A DNA stretch of 57,174 nucleotides, filler included, from Sphacelaria rigidula (Eukaryota): assembly GCA_964200075.2 (NCBI GenBank). It is 6 parts of 6 records of this genome, joined end to end, with 100 filler letters (N's around TTAATTAATTAA, not from the genome) between each part and the next. Parts side by side here need not be neighbours in the genome. Positions count along the whole stretch, not along the records: positions 28,639 to 38,084 come from CAXNAA020008480.1; positions 38,185 to 47,629 come from CAXNAA020008481.1; positions 47,730 to 57,174 come from CAXNAA020008482.1; 3 more parts are not named here. One strand, 5' to 3'. The notes under the pieces are model-generated. The model had not been told where the DNA came from. It ran no database searches and saw only the letters and a list, made by a program, of their open reading frames with translations. Positions 37,755 through 50,700 of this stretch are shown here, one piece after another. Both the position numbers and the translations under genes were made by a program. Position 1 is the first letter of the stretch. Each line of letters opens with the position of its first letter.

Positions 37755-38084
37755 CCCCTATGGGGCTGGCGTCGGTTGGCGATGACGGTGTAAAACACGC
37801 CGCTCATGTCGTAAGCTAGGCAACCAGGTTACCGTTTTGTTTTTGCGTGCTTGCGTTTTTTTGCGGTAAATATGATGATGGTCCAGCTAGGTCATGTTGC
37901 GCGGGGTGGGAGAATTTCAATTCCGCACAGAGGGGGTGATCGTGCTATGTATTCTTGACATGGTGAAGCATCGATGAGGCAGTGTAGCCCGTGGCTTCGG
38001 GCCGAACAACCTTAGCCGGATGCAGCTCACCCCTCATGTGTCTCGCCGAACACACCACGACGCTTCGCGCTTGGTGATTGAGTG
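37755..38084 (-). repeat. Family L repeat copy, truncated by contig end
   Basis: Matches the 21995-22400 copy (TGTAAAACACGCC..CGTAAGCTAG..AACCAGGTT...GGATGCAGCTCACCC). Confidence 0.8.
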
Positions 38085-38184
38085 NNNNNNNNNNNNNNNN
38101 NNNNNNNNNNNNNNNNNNNNNNNNNNNNTTAATTAATTAANNNNNNNNNNNNNNNNNNNNNNNNNNNNNNNNNNNNNNNNNNNN
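38085..38184. other. Artificial contig linker
   Basis: N44-TTAATTAATTAA-N44. Confidence 0.98.
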
Positions 38185-39585
38185 CGGACGAGCGTGCTGG
38201 AATCCTCGTGAAAAAAAGAGCAAATCTTTCCCGAGGGGGAAAATCCGCCAAGGCCCGTATTCCGCCGATAATTCGAAGTGAAAGGTTGAAAAAAGACAGT
38301 TCTCGCACCGATTTGTTTTTCAGTCTAAAAGAAGCAGCCTAACCTCCTCGTGGAAAAAAACGAATAAGTGGGCTTCGCTACTGTACTTGTGCGTCCTTTC
38401 GTGGAGGAAATCCTGGTGCAATTGCGGCCAAACCTTTCAGAAATTTGGCGCAGCATCCAACTTTTCGTGTGGCACGACTGCACTCATTGAATCCAAGCGC
38501 TGCAGTTGACTCGAATTCCGGAGATCATCACTTCGACTCCCGACGGATGACCTTTTTTTGTTCCGTCGGTTAGGTGATGCATTATGCAGTACATTTATTC
38601 AATCTTTTTCATTCAGCGGCGGCCCGGTGCGTTACCAACTGTGTCGGCAGGTCATACCGATATGCTCAACGCCGTCGGATTTCGAAAACTAGATAGCTGA
38701 CGGTGCCAATAGCTTACGGGATTTACTGCTCGCCCAGCTCGTAGCACTATTATTTTGTTCATCCGTATCATTTTGCGTCAGACAGGGAGATAGGGGGGTA
38801 TTGACGGCTTCTAATGGCTTCCTGTACTCGTGGGAATAAAAACTCGAGGATACATTGTCTTTTTCTGGTGGTAGCAGATTTCTGTTTTTAACGCATACAC
38901 TCTTCTGCAAAGATGATCAATTCCGGTGGAACAATCCGCGTCATTTTTCCGGTAGTCGCAGATTTGTTTCCACTTTACCACCACTTTTGGTGAACAACAG
39001 TCGACACGAGATGATAACTGTCGTAGATTCCTTCACCTGACCACCACTTTATTCTAAACTCGACTGACGTTCGTAGTTATTAGACGAACGTACAACCCCG
39101 GCGAGACAAACAAGGTACAACCACCTGGATACGCTTATGTGACGTGATGGATTTTCCAACCATGAACGCAAGGCAAACGGAGGGGGCAACATCCGCCCAG
39201 TCATCCCTTGCGCCCAAAACGATGAAGGAAAATAAAAACAGTCGTTCAATCTGTTGCTTTCGCCATAATGAACGTTTTGCATGAAACCTTGCGAAGATCG
39301 ACACGATGTGTGGTGCGTAAGACACGTGGTGGCACGACCCGCCGTGCCGGTGCAGATGGTACAGTATCGACGACATCGGCGGCAGTGTGGCGAAGAAGAC
39401 CACCCCATGTTTTTCATCTGACTGTTCAACAAAATAGTGATACGGATGATTCCAGGCAGTTGTGTCCTTGCACGAACGCCATAGCGTCGAGACGCGAGCG
39501 TTGGCAGTGCTGCACGGAAAAACAAAAGGTTGACTTGCATACGATGGTGTTGTTCAGGTCAGTCGTGTGCGGTTGAAACACTCAC

Positions 39586-40197
39586 TTCATTGGCGGGCGT
39601 AGCCAGATCACCTCCAAAACAGTTTTGCACCCCGCTGTGCACCGCTGATGCACGGACCATGATCGCCATGTACCTGAGACACGGTTCGTGACTACAGCCT
39701 GGAAAAAAACATCCTCTACTTGTACATAACCGTTTGCGCAATCTATCTACAGGAAAGAACGGCCCCAAAAATCTCCCCAGACTGAAATCAGAACGCGAAA
39801 TCCTCCCCATTGTCGTCGCCCGCTTCTGATGCCGAGTCCTCTCTCTCGGACCCGCTGCATTCTGAATCACTGACCACTCGCCCGTGCTGGGGGGTGCCAC
39901 TGATGCGGTATCGGCTGTGGACTCCGTTCGGCTATCGCCCGCCGCCGCTGGTTCTGCGCAGCCAGTAGGGGATGATCCAATGCTGACGGCGGCCGATGCT
40001 CCAGCGGCAGGGCCGCCTGTTGCCTCGGCGTCCCCGGCGCCCCCGGCGCCCGCCGGTGTTCTTTCGCCGTCTGCGGTGGGCACGAAATGCGCTGGTCCAG
40101 TTTCTCGGAAGTCTACCGGTCCCGTGCCGGCGTGAAAGACGTAGAACATGGGTGCATCGAGGCCCGCGATGCCATGCGTCGCCTCCCACGAACAATC
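39586..40197 (-). pseudogene. In-frame continuation of the Academ-like gene beyond a single TAG
   Basis: ORF 39559..40149 is in the same frame as ORF 40198..41202. They are separated only by TAG at 40198-40200 (KCRG*DCSWE). Strong donor GAA|gtgagt at 39585. Confidence 0.55.
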
Positions 40198-43100
40198 CTA
40201 TCCACGACACTTTAACTGCTCGGCAACTATGGGATCGAAAAGCGGACGGGCCGGCGATCGCAATGGTTGCCGAGGCGTGATGACGACGTTTATCGGCCCC
40301 GCAGGACCCGGGGCCACTGGGGTGTAAGAAGCAGATGCCAGGTAATCACCAAAAGGATGTGCGACCATCTGCTCATTCTGCATGGGCGGTGCGGGGGTGG
40401 AGCGCGCACGTTGTACTCCAGGGAGGGCGTTCGGCGGAGTAGGAACTCCTCCCGCGGCGTCATGCAGCGGGGCGGCTGATGCCGCGGGGTTCGCCACTGG
40501 CACTGTGGCGGCAGCCGCAGCTTCAGTAGCCGACCTCGCTGCAGCCCCGGGATTGGTGTCCTTCACACCGGTTCCACGCTCGGAGTAGTACATGCCCACG
40601 ATTTTGTCCCACATGGCTTCGAAGAACTCGCAGATTGTGTGGTGTGCAACACGGTAGTTGCTAGCCTCCGACGATTTCCTCCCGTCGAGCCCAAGCGCCT
40701 CTGCTACATATTCTATCCCCGCCCCCCCAAATCGCTTCATGATTGCCTTCACCATGTGATACAGGAGATGCCAGTCAGCCACGTATATCCGGAGCCATTG
40801 GTATTCGCGGGGGTTACTCCGAATGAGGTGGTACATAAACCGAAACGACTCCTCGTCACCGGCAACCATACACGCCGCAGGCGCGCCCCTTTCACCCACG
40901 CGACGTATGTCAGCAATGCGGTCAATCGCGGCTTTCGAGTCGGCCCAGCTCTTCGTGCTCCCCAGCTGCATGAAAAGGTACTTAAACACCTGGGGCTCCC
41001 GCTCCATCGTAGGTATTGCCTGCCTCGCAAATTGGACGGAGCGGCGGAGAGAGGGCTGATGAGGTCGCTGTTGCACAGTGTTGCATATTTTCAAATCACA
41101 ATTTGAACCCCGCCCCTGTGGGGATAGTATCCACCGAGTGAAGGGATCACACCGTAATTTCGCTGCTGCAACCCACGCACACGGGCATATTGCGTAGGAC
41201 AATCATTCCCGCGCAACTCGCGCGATGCTGCCGAAATTAGTGCTGCATCTAATGTTGTTACGTGAGGTGAAGGCGATAGTGTGATCCCTCGGTGGGGGCA
41301 GCAATATGGCATCCACAGGGAAATTTAACCCTCCCTACTCCCGCGGAATCGATGGCGGGTACTGTGTGTTGATCGGCGGGACTCCACGACTGCGGGGGTG
41401 CAAAGCTGGTGCTGACACGCGAGAGACGACGCTAGAGGTAAGTGGCGGTACACCCAACCGCCGCCGGCGGAGAAAAAGAATTCGACTTAGCACAGGCGTT
41501 CAAACGCAGAATACAGGTCAGGCACAGATAACTCATCTCACCTGTCGAAGTTCGAGTTCCAAGTAAGTGTCGATGGAGCCACCCCCGCCCGCGATCCTTC
41601 CCACGGCGCATCGAAAAGCTGCTTCGTCGAAGACGGAGAGGTACTTATCCCATCGCTCACCATCCATGTGCCAGTGTGGTCCCATCGTCACATCCGCGGC
41701 CACGAGCTGATCTTGCTTGCGATGGTCCCGCACGAGAGACAGGTCACCACACGGGGTTTCTACAGCCACGCAAGTGGCAGCCACAGCACACACATGCACA
41801 TCCCCCTCGGTAACAGCCATCGTGGTCCGAAAATCGCAGTTGTCCCAAGGGATCGCAGCAGCTCTTAACGCCACGGCCAACAGATGTTTGTCTAACCTCA
41901 ACTTCACGAAGTACTGCTCGCGTTTGTATCGCATAGACTCGGTCATGCAGAAGCCGTGGGCGGCGATGTAATCTATCACCGCGACGGGTGTGCCGTGCGT
42001 TTTCAACACCTGCGCCAAACTGAAGTCGTGCATCGCCCTGAATTTCCGACCTAGAACAGTTTTGAGGAGATTTTGTACCAGCATATAAAGCCTCCCAAGC
42101 TGCCTCTTTCTCTCCCTCTCCTTCTTCCGCAAAGCCTTCTCCTCCTTTGTCGATCTGTGAATCGTTGCGCTGGCACTCGACTCCCCCATAGCGCTCGTAC
42201 TTGACACACCCGTGATTATTGTTCTCGCGTTACCCCCGCCCGCGAGCCCCGACCCGGGGTCATCAGCCGGTACCGCCACATGGCACATACTGTCAACCAA
42301 GTCCAACAGTGTCGACGGTGTATCATGCTCCAGGAAATCCTTCACAGGTCTGATTTTTCTCTCCAAGTCGGCAGCATATTTTTCACTCGCTTTCCCCGAC
42401 ACATGATGCAGTTCAGACGCACCTTCGATATCCATCCTGATGATAGATCCGGTCGCTCTCACCAACGCCCGTTTCTCCTCCGCGGACCCTTCAGCTGTGA
42501 CGCGCTTGAGCGCGGACACGAGTGGCGGACCGTTGTGGAGCTGGGCGTCCAGGAGAGAGACCGTACGTTCGAGTTCTTGTACCCTGGCACGCATAGTTAT
42601 AAGATCGATATCAAGTGCCATGGCCACGTCGGGCGCCACCGCCGAAGGCAGCAGATACACGGACTTCCGTCGGCCACCACCTGCGGCCTCCCCACCCCCG
42701 CTGACCTCTTCCATCTTGGCGTAGGCTGTGCCGCCCCTCACCACCGCGCCGCAAATTGCCATAGCCTGATCCCGGTTGCGCCGGTCACCGACATCCCGGG
42801 CCCGTGCGGCCTCCCTAGCTTCTGTCAGCCACGATTGAACCTCCCCCAGCCTCACTATTCGCCCAGCCTCAAGGTTCGCTATTACTCTCCCGCGTACTTC
42901 TACGACGAAGTCCGGATCGGCAGGGGTAGGATCAGGAGTGAGGTCTACCGTTGGAGGTGTGGAACAACGCGCACGAGTGGACTTGGTATTTTTCCTATCG
43001 CTGTTGCGTCTGTATCGCTCGAAGGAGGACATGAACCAATCATTCCGCTCACACAAGCAATCGGAACTAGGTCGGTAGCTCCGTAGAAGCACCGCGGGAC

Positions 43101-44709
43101 GCGCGCTGGTGCCATCGACACACTGCAGGAATACTTCCGCGCCTGCAACCCGCGTAGGACCGAGATGTAGCCAGGTTTTTCCTTCGCCAGGCCCCGGTCG
43201 ATGGCAAGCCACGCATTTCCGCGATGCTGGGTCGTGCGTTTGACCACAAGATGGGCACATATACCACTGGCCTTCGATGAGGGGGTACTTGATGCCGCAT
43301 TCATCGCGACCACAGGCCCGCTTCGGTCGTCCACGACGGCTGCTCCCACTGACGGGTTTCGAGTGAGCCTGTGCCGACTGCTCCGTCACACAGCTACCAC
43401 GGTTTTCGGGATGCCCCTGTGCACCACTGCGTCGCGCCGTTACCCTCGTTCGTTCACCGTGCCGTCGACGCCTACCACATCGACCGTTGGCGGGTGAGGT
43501 TTGCTTTCTCCGATTCCTCATGACATGCCTACTAGCCCCAGTCGTGGGCATGGACGTAACCCACTCATCTTCACACCCCGCCGCAGATGTGCTGCCGCCG
43601 TCTGGACACCTTCCCGGGGCGAGGTCAGGCGTAGCAGCACTAGCTGCCCCTTTTTTATTTTTCCGCTTCGATCTTGATCTGGAAGCGTTGGAGGGTGTTG
43701 GTTTTGAGGAGTACGGCGAGCCGGGTCGCTTGTTGCGGTGTCCCGAGGGTGTTAAAAAGTCGTCCGGCGACCCGAGTAGAGGTTCCAGTGATGCGTTGCA
43801 TGGGGAAGCGGGTGTCGTAGCCACCTCAGGAGAATGCAATGCCTTGAGCGCGTGTTCCTTTGCTCGATCCCTGTGCTGAAATGCAGCCTCCTGCTGCTCA
43901 GCCCATGTCCACCATGCGCTACTCACAACTGGGTGGTTGATCATGTTTCTCTTCCGTCTTGACGCCGAGACGTGGGCATGCGAAGGCGTGCCTCTACCAG
44001 ACCCAGGCGGAGCACGTCGTTTGTTTGTCTTCGAAGGTGGAGTAGAAGTCCCCACCTCACAGGGTATCCCGCCGGTAGTCTCTCGGCCTTCGCGAGTTGG
44101 GGTGCCCACTTCGTGGCAGATCGTCGTCGGCGCAGTGGATGCCGATAGCTCCCGCGAGTTCACCTCCGCCGCGCAGGTACTAGAGACTGTGTGCGTAGTG
44201 CGTTTCCTGGGCGTTTGACTCTCTACTCTTACACTCTGCGAGCTTCGCCGCTCGTCGCCCTCATCCAACACCCCTTCGGTTTGCATGGGTACACCATCGA
44301 CCACCGCGCCAGGCGCCCCAGAGTCATAGAAAAGAGTGATCGCCCTGTGCTTTCCATACGATTGGGGACTGGGCTCATCTCCTACTGCGGATTCGTCGCC
44401 GAGGTGGCCGCCAGCAATAGCCCTTATAGTTGACATCGGCACTGCGGATTCCACGCCTGTCGGCCGACAACTTCTGTCAACCACAGTTGTGGCATGTGCC
44501 GGGTGCGATGACAGCAGACGGCACGCATTTTTTTCACCACCTGCCCGCACGACATGCAACAAAGCGTATGTCTGCAAGAACTGAGTTCTGTGCAATGTTT
44601 GACGTTTCAACAGTCGGAGTGCGGAGTTATCGCGCACACGTGTATATACAAGTATATATACTACCCACGCATGCTCACGCCCTACGTTTGGTTCGAAACC
44701 CTCGGTCAT
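40198..44709 (-). CDS. Large Academ/DUF6589-like DDE transposase; exon 44709(or 44436)-41542, intron 41541-41020, exon 41019-40198
   Basis: The 1059-aa ORF ends CAG|gtgaga and joins in phase to cag|GCA. Motifs in order: Cys clusters (CGRDEC, CPSC, CVAC, DCLC); LAQVLKTHG...IAAHGFC; WDNCDF (Asp 1); YLFMQLGS; MVAGDEESF (Asp 2); YQWLRIYVADWH; AGIEYVAEALG; SNYRVAHH...FFEAMW. This matches the Academ-type DNxD / GD / (G)DWH pattern as recalled. Confidence 0.75.
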
Positions 44710-45356
44710 CACCTAAAAGAGACAAATGAGGCGCGTGCGATCATCACCTTTGATAGCTCGCAGGGTTCCTACAACAGTCATTTGAAAATGCTCTCACCTC
44801 GGGATCGGTCCTGGTGTCGAATGTGACGGTCGGACTGCCCCAGACAGCGTCTCAGCAGGCGCCCGGACGTTGCATCCCATGAGTTAGCCCTGGGTATCCT
44901 CCACATCTGCCGCCGGTGTATGTACAGGGGGGGGTGGTCGGGTGGGGAGTATAACACCAACACTTATGTTCGAGTGTGTCATCTACCCTACCATTCTCAT
45001 GTTGTCGCCTCCTGTGGCGACGGAGGTATGTGTTCTCTGTCGTATGTAGCGGTCGCGGCGTTCTTTCGTTATACCGAAGTAAAATTACACGTGAAAAGTC
45101 TAAATCTATGTCCATGTCAACGCCGGAAATCTCGATCCACGCTAGACGTTAGGTACTTGATTCCGGGTGTCAAGTCACGAACTTCAACTCCTTCTTCTGC
45201 TCGGGACAGGCCAGACACTACGTGTGACTTGAACGTTCGCACATGTACAACGCGAGCCGTCTATTTATCACAGCCCCGCTGTTTTCAGGAAGTGATGTAG
45301 ATGCGTCTTAATCACATTGCTATATACACACTTGCACTACATGTTTTTTTTCAAAC

Positions 45357-45780
45357 AGGCAATTTTATGAAATGAGGCCGTGCGATGAAATGAGGTTCAA
45401 GCCCAACACAGGCCTTGCCCCACACTTTCAGCGCCGGTGCCCGATGACGTTTTGCCGGCCGAATGCCCTCCGATCGCGTAGATACTTCTTCTGCGCATTT
45501 TACGTACTCTGTGGGCTTGCAGCGTTGACCGACACCATCGCTGCCCCTGATATCACCCCCCCCCCTCCCCCCCTCCGCTCAAAAAACAAGGTAAATGACG
45601 GTTTCGGTCAGCGCTGCAAGCCCACACAGTACGTAAAATGCGCACAGGAAGTATCTAGGCGATCGGAGGGCATTAGGCCGACAAAAAAGTCATCGGGCAC
45701 CATCGCTGAAAGTGTGGAGCAAGGACTGTGTTGGGCTTGAACCTCATGTCATCGCACGACCTCATTTTATAGAGTTGCCT
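45357..45780. mobile_element. Foldback MITE with ~180-bp TIRs
   Basis: AGGCAATTTTATGAAATGAGG...GCTTGCAGCGTTGACCGA (45357-45533) is the reverse complement of TCGGTCAGCGCTGCAAGC...CCTCATTTTATAGAGTTGCCT (45604-45780), with a ~60-nt loop containing a C-tract. Confidence 0.9.
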
Positions 45781-45844
45781 ATTCTTGCTGTGAACGCCCT
45801 TCATCACAAAGCTATTGCTGTATACCTCGCCGCAAGCACAATGC

Positions 45845-45910
45845 TCTGTACTGCACTGTACTTCACTGTGCTGTATTGCACTGTACTATGCTGAACTGTA
45901 CTGTGGTGTG
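45845..45910 (+). repeat. Degenerate 5-mer (CTGTA/CTGTG) simple repeat
   Basis: Seen directly. Confidence 0.75.
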
Positions 45911-47629
45911 CTCTATGTTGCTGATACTTCGTATGTGCTGCTGGTGCAGTACAAAGGAGTCCAGATGGTCCGTGTACTGATGCGGAAAGAAGGTTTGTAC
46001 TTTTCAAACTTCAGTCGCGTCGTTTCATCCACGGCATGGATAGATTTCGACACAACCTCTTCCTATGGAAAGATTAAACTCTCTAGATGGTGAAAACACC
46101 CTCCTAGTATCTGCCGATGGCCTCGTGCGAACGCCGTGCTCTGCCATGTCATCAGAGGTGAGGTTTGACGGGGGGGGGGGTGTTCGCCCTAGACTGCACG
46201 GATTCTGCAAAAGCTCCAACCAGACAGCACCATTATCGGTGCAACTTGCGAGAGGAACTACTTGTCAGTATATAAACACACCTCGATCGTCTTTGAGACC
46301 ACTCCTTCCACTTGGCCGATGCTTTCAGGTCCGCAGCTGCATGCACAAGGTGTGCGGAGCCTCGGGGCGAAATCAGGACATTTGCCATCATCCACCGTTT
46401 CTCGCGGAGGCGTCTATTTCGCTAAAAAAAAAAATTCCCCGGCGTAACACTGAGACTGTTCGAAGGCCCACAACTCCACAATCAATCCTCGTACAGACCT
46501 GTACAGCAGCATTTAGGGGACCGTATATGACAGGATCCTTAGGATAGAGCCATCGTCGAACCCTGGGATGTGCCCAATGCAGATAAAGTCCAACAATAGA
46601 TAGCCTGTACGCGAGGGGATGAAAATAACTCCAATTCTGATCTGAAATAATTGTTTCTTTTCTTTTGGCGCAGGACTACTGTGCATCATCTATCACCCCG
46701 GTCACCGCCATTTTTTCACATATGAAGAAAAAAAAGTTTTTTCTTCTTGAAAAAACGCCTCGCTCGGGAACAAAGGATATGACTCTAGCAGGAGTCATAC
46801 CCTTTGATGCAGACGGGAAACAGCAGCAGGGGCTAACAGGAGCACCAGTGAGCATCCCTAACAACTTCTAAGGAAACTGAAGGTGCATGTTTCTCTCTCA
46901 CACGTTGCGTCTGGTTTTGTGTCAGCGTTTGTCTCATAGCCCTTTGGAGGTGGTACGCGCGTTTGAGATAGTAAACGACACGATGTACTGTTGTGCTGTA
47001 CGCGAGGAAATGACGATGGTCCGCCCCAAAGGCTATGATTCTAGCAGCTAGAGTCATACCCTTTGGTCCGCCCTCATGGTTTTCGTTTCTTTTTCACCAC
47101 TAGGTGTGTCAAGTGCTTGCTCCATTTTGGCCCGTAGTTTCAGGCTCACGCCCAACAGATAGAGGGATGTGTTGTCGTCCCATTTATTCTGGACGCCGGT
47201 CTACACCTTTCGGTATATGTGGGCGCATCAGCCGGGGTCACACAGGAGAAAAGTCAACACGGGAGCTTTTTTTCTTTTCTCTTTTTTTTTTGTTTTTGTT
47301 TTTAGCATAACTCAAAATTAATTATAATAATAATGTATGTGTGAATCCCAGCTATGCGAACCCAACATACCAACAGGTCCTGTCCATAGGAAACTTCCAC
47401 TCACGAGGAATGTTCCTCGACTGTCGGCTTGTCCGATCCCAAAGATCTCGAACTATCTGTCTGTGTGCCTTGGAAGCCACGGAGCTACGGATACGCTCCA
47501 GGCTTGAACCCAACACACACAACACCGCCAATCTCCCATACTGTGAGCTTGACTGTATACCACACCACAAGCATATTCTATAAGCTTGACTGGTTTGTGG
47601 CCTGTCTGTCATCCGAGACAAGGTGCGAG

Positions 47630-47729
47630 NNNNNNNNNNNNNNNNNNNNNNNNNNNNNNNNNNNNNNNNNNNNTTAATTAATTAANNNNNNNNNNNNNNN
47701 NNNNNNNNNNNNNNNNNNNNNNNNNNNNN
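47630..47729. other. Artificial contig linker
   Basis: N44-TTAATTAATTAA-N44. Confidence 0.98.
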
Positions 47730-48099
47730 ACGAGGGGACGAGAGGGGGGGGGGGCGGGGGGGGGGGGCGTACTCATTTTTTGCTTGCGTTAGTCATTTGA
47801 CCATTGACCACGCATCCCTTTCGAGAAGGCAGGAGCAGGAGGGGGGGGAGGAGGACATTTCCCGACTTGTACATTTTGTGCTCCGAAAGAGAGAGATGAG
47901 GAATTGGGTCAGCGCATCGCCGCAAGGTGCTCTGGTCTTATACCCCAGACTAGTTGTGAGGGAAGGAGGCTCACGAACCAGGTACAGGGGACCGGGTACA
48001 GGGAGGCGTGACATCTAGGAGGGGCTGCATCGCCCGTTGATCGGCGACGTCGTCACCACCTGTTTCAACGGGATCGTCTACATCGCCAAGGTGGATATA

Positions 48100-50700
48100 T
48101 GAGCAACATCGTCCCTAAGCCTCATAGTGAACCATCATCACATGGTCTCACGTGCTCCCTCTCCTGGATACTCCGAGGGTTAAGCAGGATCGTGTTTTGA
48201 TTGATGGGCGACGACCGGGTCACTTCCACGCCTCTACAGCCGTCTCCGACTCGACATGGAACAAGGGGTCGACTACTCACCACACTCGTTACTGCCATTG
48301 TAACACATCGGCAGCTCGCTTGAAGTCGCGTCAAGTGGCGATATTATGTGTACAATGAAACCGCACAGATGGCAATCGGCTACGGGAGTCTCAATGCCAT
48401 GAACAGTTCCGCCCCCTTGAAACACGATATCGGACAGGGATCGACCGAACGCTCGAGTTTAGTTTGTAACTCAAGAATTTAGCGGCATGATGATTTTAGT
48501 CGTGTGTATATGTACGTAGTTGCGTGCCTAGGCCGAGGAGTTGGCACCACAGCGCCGGAGCACGCAGATCAGCATCGACATGGCAAGTTGGGCCAAATTC
48601 GCAACATCAGTCGGACCCGTCCCGTCAACCGTTTCACACACATGGCCAAACGGGCCTGAACTCGACAGCGAAAATTCATGCCGAGGGCACCGGGTTTTAT
48701 TGCAGAGTGTCACAGAACACACGAGTAGTTCAGTGAAAAGAGGTTTGATGTCAGCGCAATCCTTCGTCCATCACCACTCGCAGCAGGACGTACACACGTG
48801 CGGCCTACGGTGTCGCGATTAAAGTCAACCTCATTTTACTGAAATCTACGCCACTCGCCTCACTTGCCACATGGGGGACAAATAGTGAGGTGGCCGCACG
48901 AGTATGATTTGAGCGCACACCCTTTCTCCCGCGCATCACATCTCACGCGCAGTCCCTCATGCATCATGCCCTCCGTGAAGCGCAAGCAACCGGTAAGAAT
49001 TTCGACGCATGCTGAATAAGGAGTTCCATTCTTGAAACCGGCGTGCCTTGTTCACCGGTGGAGAAAACATGTTTCGTCAAAGGTAGACCGGGAGCGTTGA
49101 GGTCAACTTGCACCATGTTCCATCTTAGTGGTGTGACAAACCAGTAGAACGGGACTGGATGCTACCCTTGCCATGAAGTGGGAGCCACCACCGCGGCCCA
49201 AGTCGATGGCAAGCCGTACATCCTCTACTAAGTTAAATGTGCTCTCATCACGTCCATTATTTCGACGTCTGGATTCATCTACCCCAAGGACGGAACATCA
49301 CACAGTCCCCAGCCAGGGACACAAGCGGTACATGCTTCCGCGACTCGATGACTACTTCGTCAAGTGATGGAACCGGAAGGCGACAAGATAACTTGATCCA
49401 GGGTTCCGATCTCATGTGGGACACGACACAGAGAAGCCACTTGTCCTACGAAAGAGGACATTTACGGTTAACGGGAACCCCCGTCGATGCCCATCTCGAA
49501 TCACCGAGGCAGCATTGTGCAGTGAAAAAACTTCGGTCATGTTTTCCCCACAAACGCACAAACGCACTGTTGAATGTTCGTTGGTCTGTGTGCGGTACAA
49601 TTTCTGGTTACGGAAACCATGTCTGGGGTCGAGTATTGAAATTGTTCCTTCATTGTTGAAGGAATACATCATCACCCTCCTGTCCGCGACGTTCAATACT
49701 AACCGCCTCCGGTTCAAGGTGCGTGATACAGGCGGTGAGCACCGCTGTGGCTGTACACGATTATTCGCCCGTTTTCAACACCATCTTCACCACTGTTTCA
49801 AATTCCTCCGAAGATTGGCATTATCATCACCACCCGCCTCCAACGCACCAATGAAAAGTGGGAGACTGCGAGTGCGTCCGGGTTACAATTTTCCATGCCG
49901 CTCCGTCAACCTACGCCTCCAGGAGGAGCATCGTTATCTATGGGTCCCTGGTCTGCCCTGAACTGTACTGTTGACCTCTTGTAATTCGATGGGTAGTCGA
50001 ATCACTCGAATTTCGAGTCCTCTCTCGGTACATCTGTTGTTGGTTTTTGTTCAGGCTTCGATGGATGGGGACGTTTTGGAGACAACTTGAACAGTAACTG
50101 TACCGTAGTGAGGTATTTTGTGCGGTATTGCGCCATCAATAAATCGATATTCGTCGCTTGTGAGGAGAGCGATTACATCCGGGAATCAAGTAAAAGAGCT
50201 GCATCGAGTTTGAGGACAGGTCTATGCAGCAGCGCTCGGGAATTGACGCAGTGCGGGCAAGTGCGCGTAAAATTGTCTTCATCTCATAGACCCTATCGGG
50301 TTGTATCTCTTCTGTGTACATGACCGCGCTGTCAAAAAGGCGCTGGCGACAGGTTCGGGGACCAAAGCCGCACCTCCTACCCTTTCGAAGGCCAATGACG
50401 GTTCACCAGTTCTAGTCTTCATGCCTGATTCAAATTCGGGAACCAACATCGGCTGGTTCAAAGGCAGACACAACAGTTTACCGTCGGATATTGTACGATA
50501 CCAGTGGGATGCAAAAATTCCAAATTAGTCTTGGTAGGTCTACTTCATATAGATGATGCAAAGGTATCCTCTTGCCTGTTCACGTAGTGTTATTTTTCTC
50601 AACTCTTCTGAGTTCCCCCTCGGACAACCATGATGAGAATTTTCACGCACAAAAATCGATCTGTACATCGGTCAAGTTGGCCAACCTCATGATGGAACGC
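48100..50700. mobile_element. Possible highly decayed LTR-retrotransposon pol/integrase relic
   Basis: Short integrase-like fragments only: minus-strand MYGLPST../GGSHFMARV and HH*DG near 49100-49220, and plus-strand SQGHKRYMLPRLDDYFVK*W near 49310-49370. The strands conflict and there is no intact ORF. Confidence 0.25.

Noticed and set aside
40267-44729. Many plus-strand ORFs of 66-268 aa overlapping the Academ-like gene
   Set aside because: Antisense shadows of GC-rich coding sequence with no recognisable motifs.
9447-47729. Regular ~9.55-kb periodicity of N-TTAATTAATTAA-N blocks, and apparent gene neighbourhoods across them
   Set aside because: Artificial linkers between length-sorted contigs; adjacency across them has no biological meaning.
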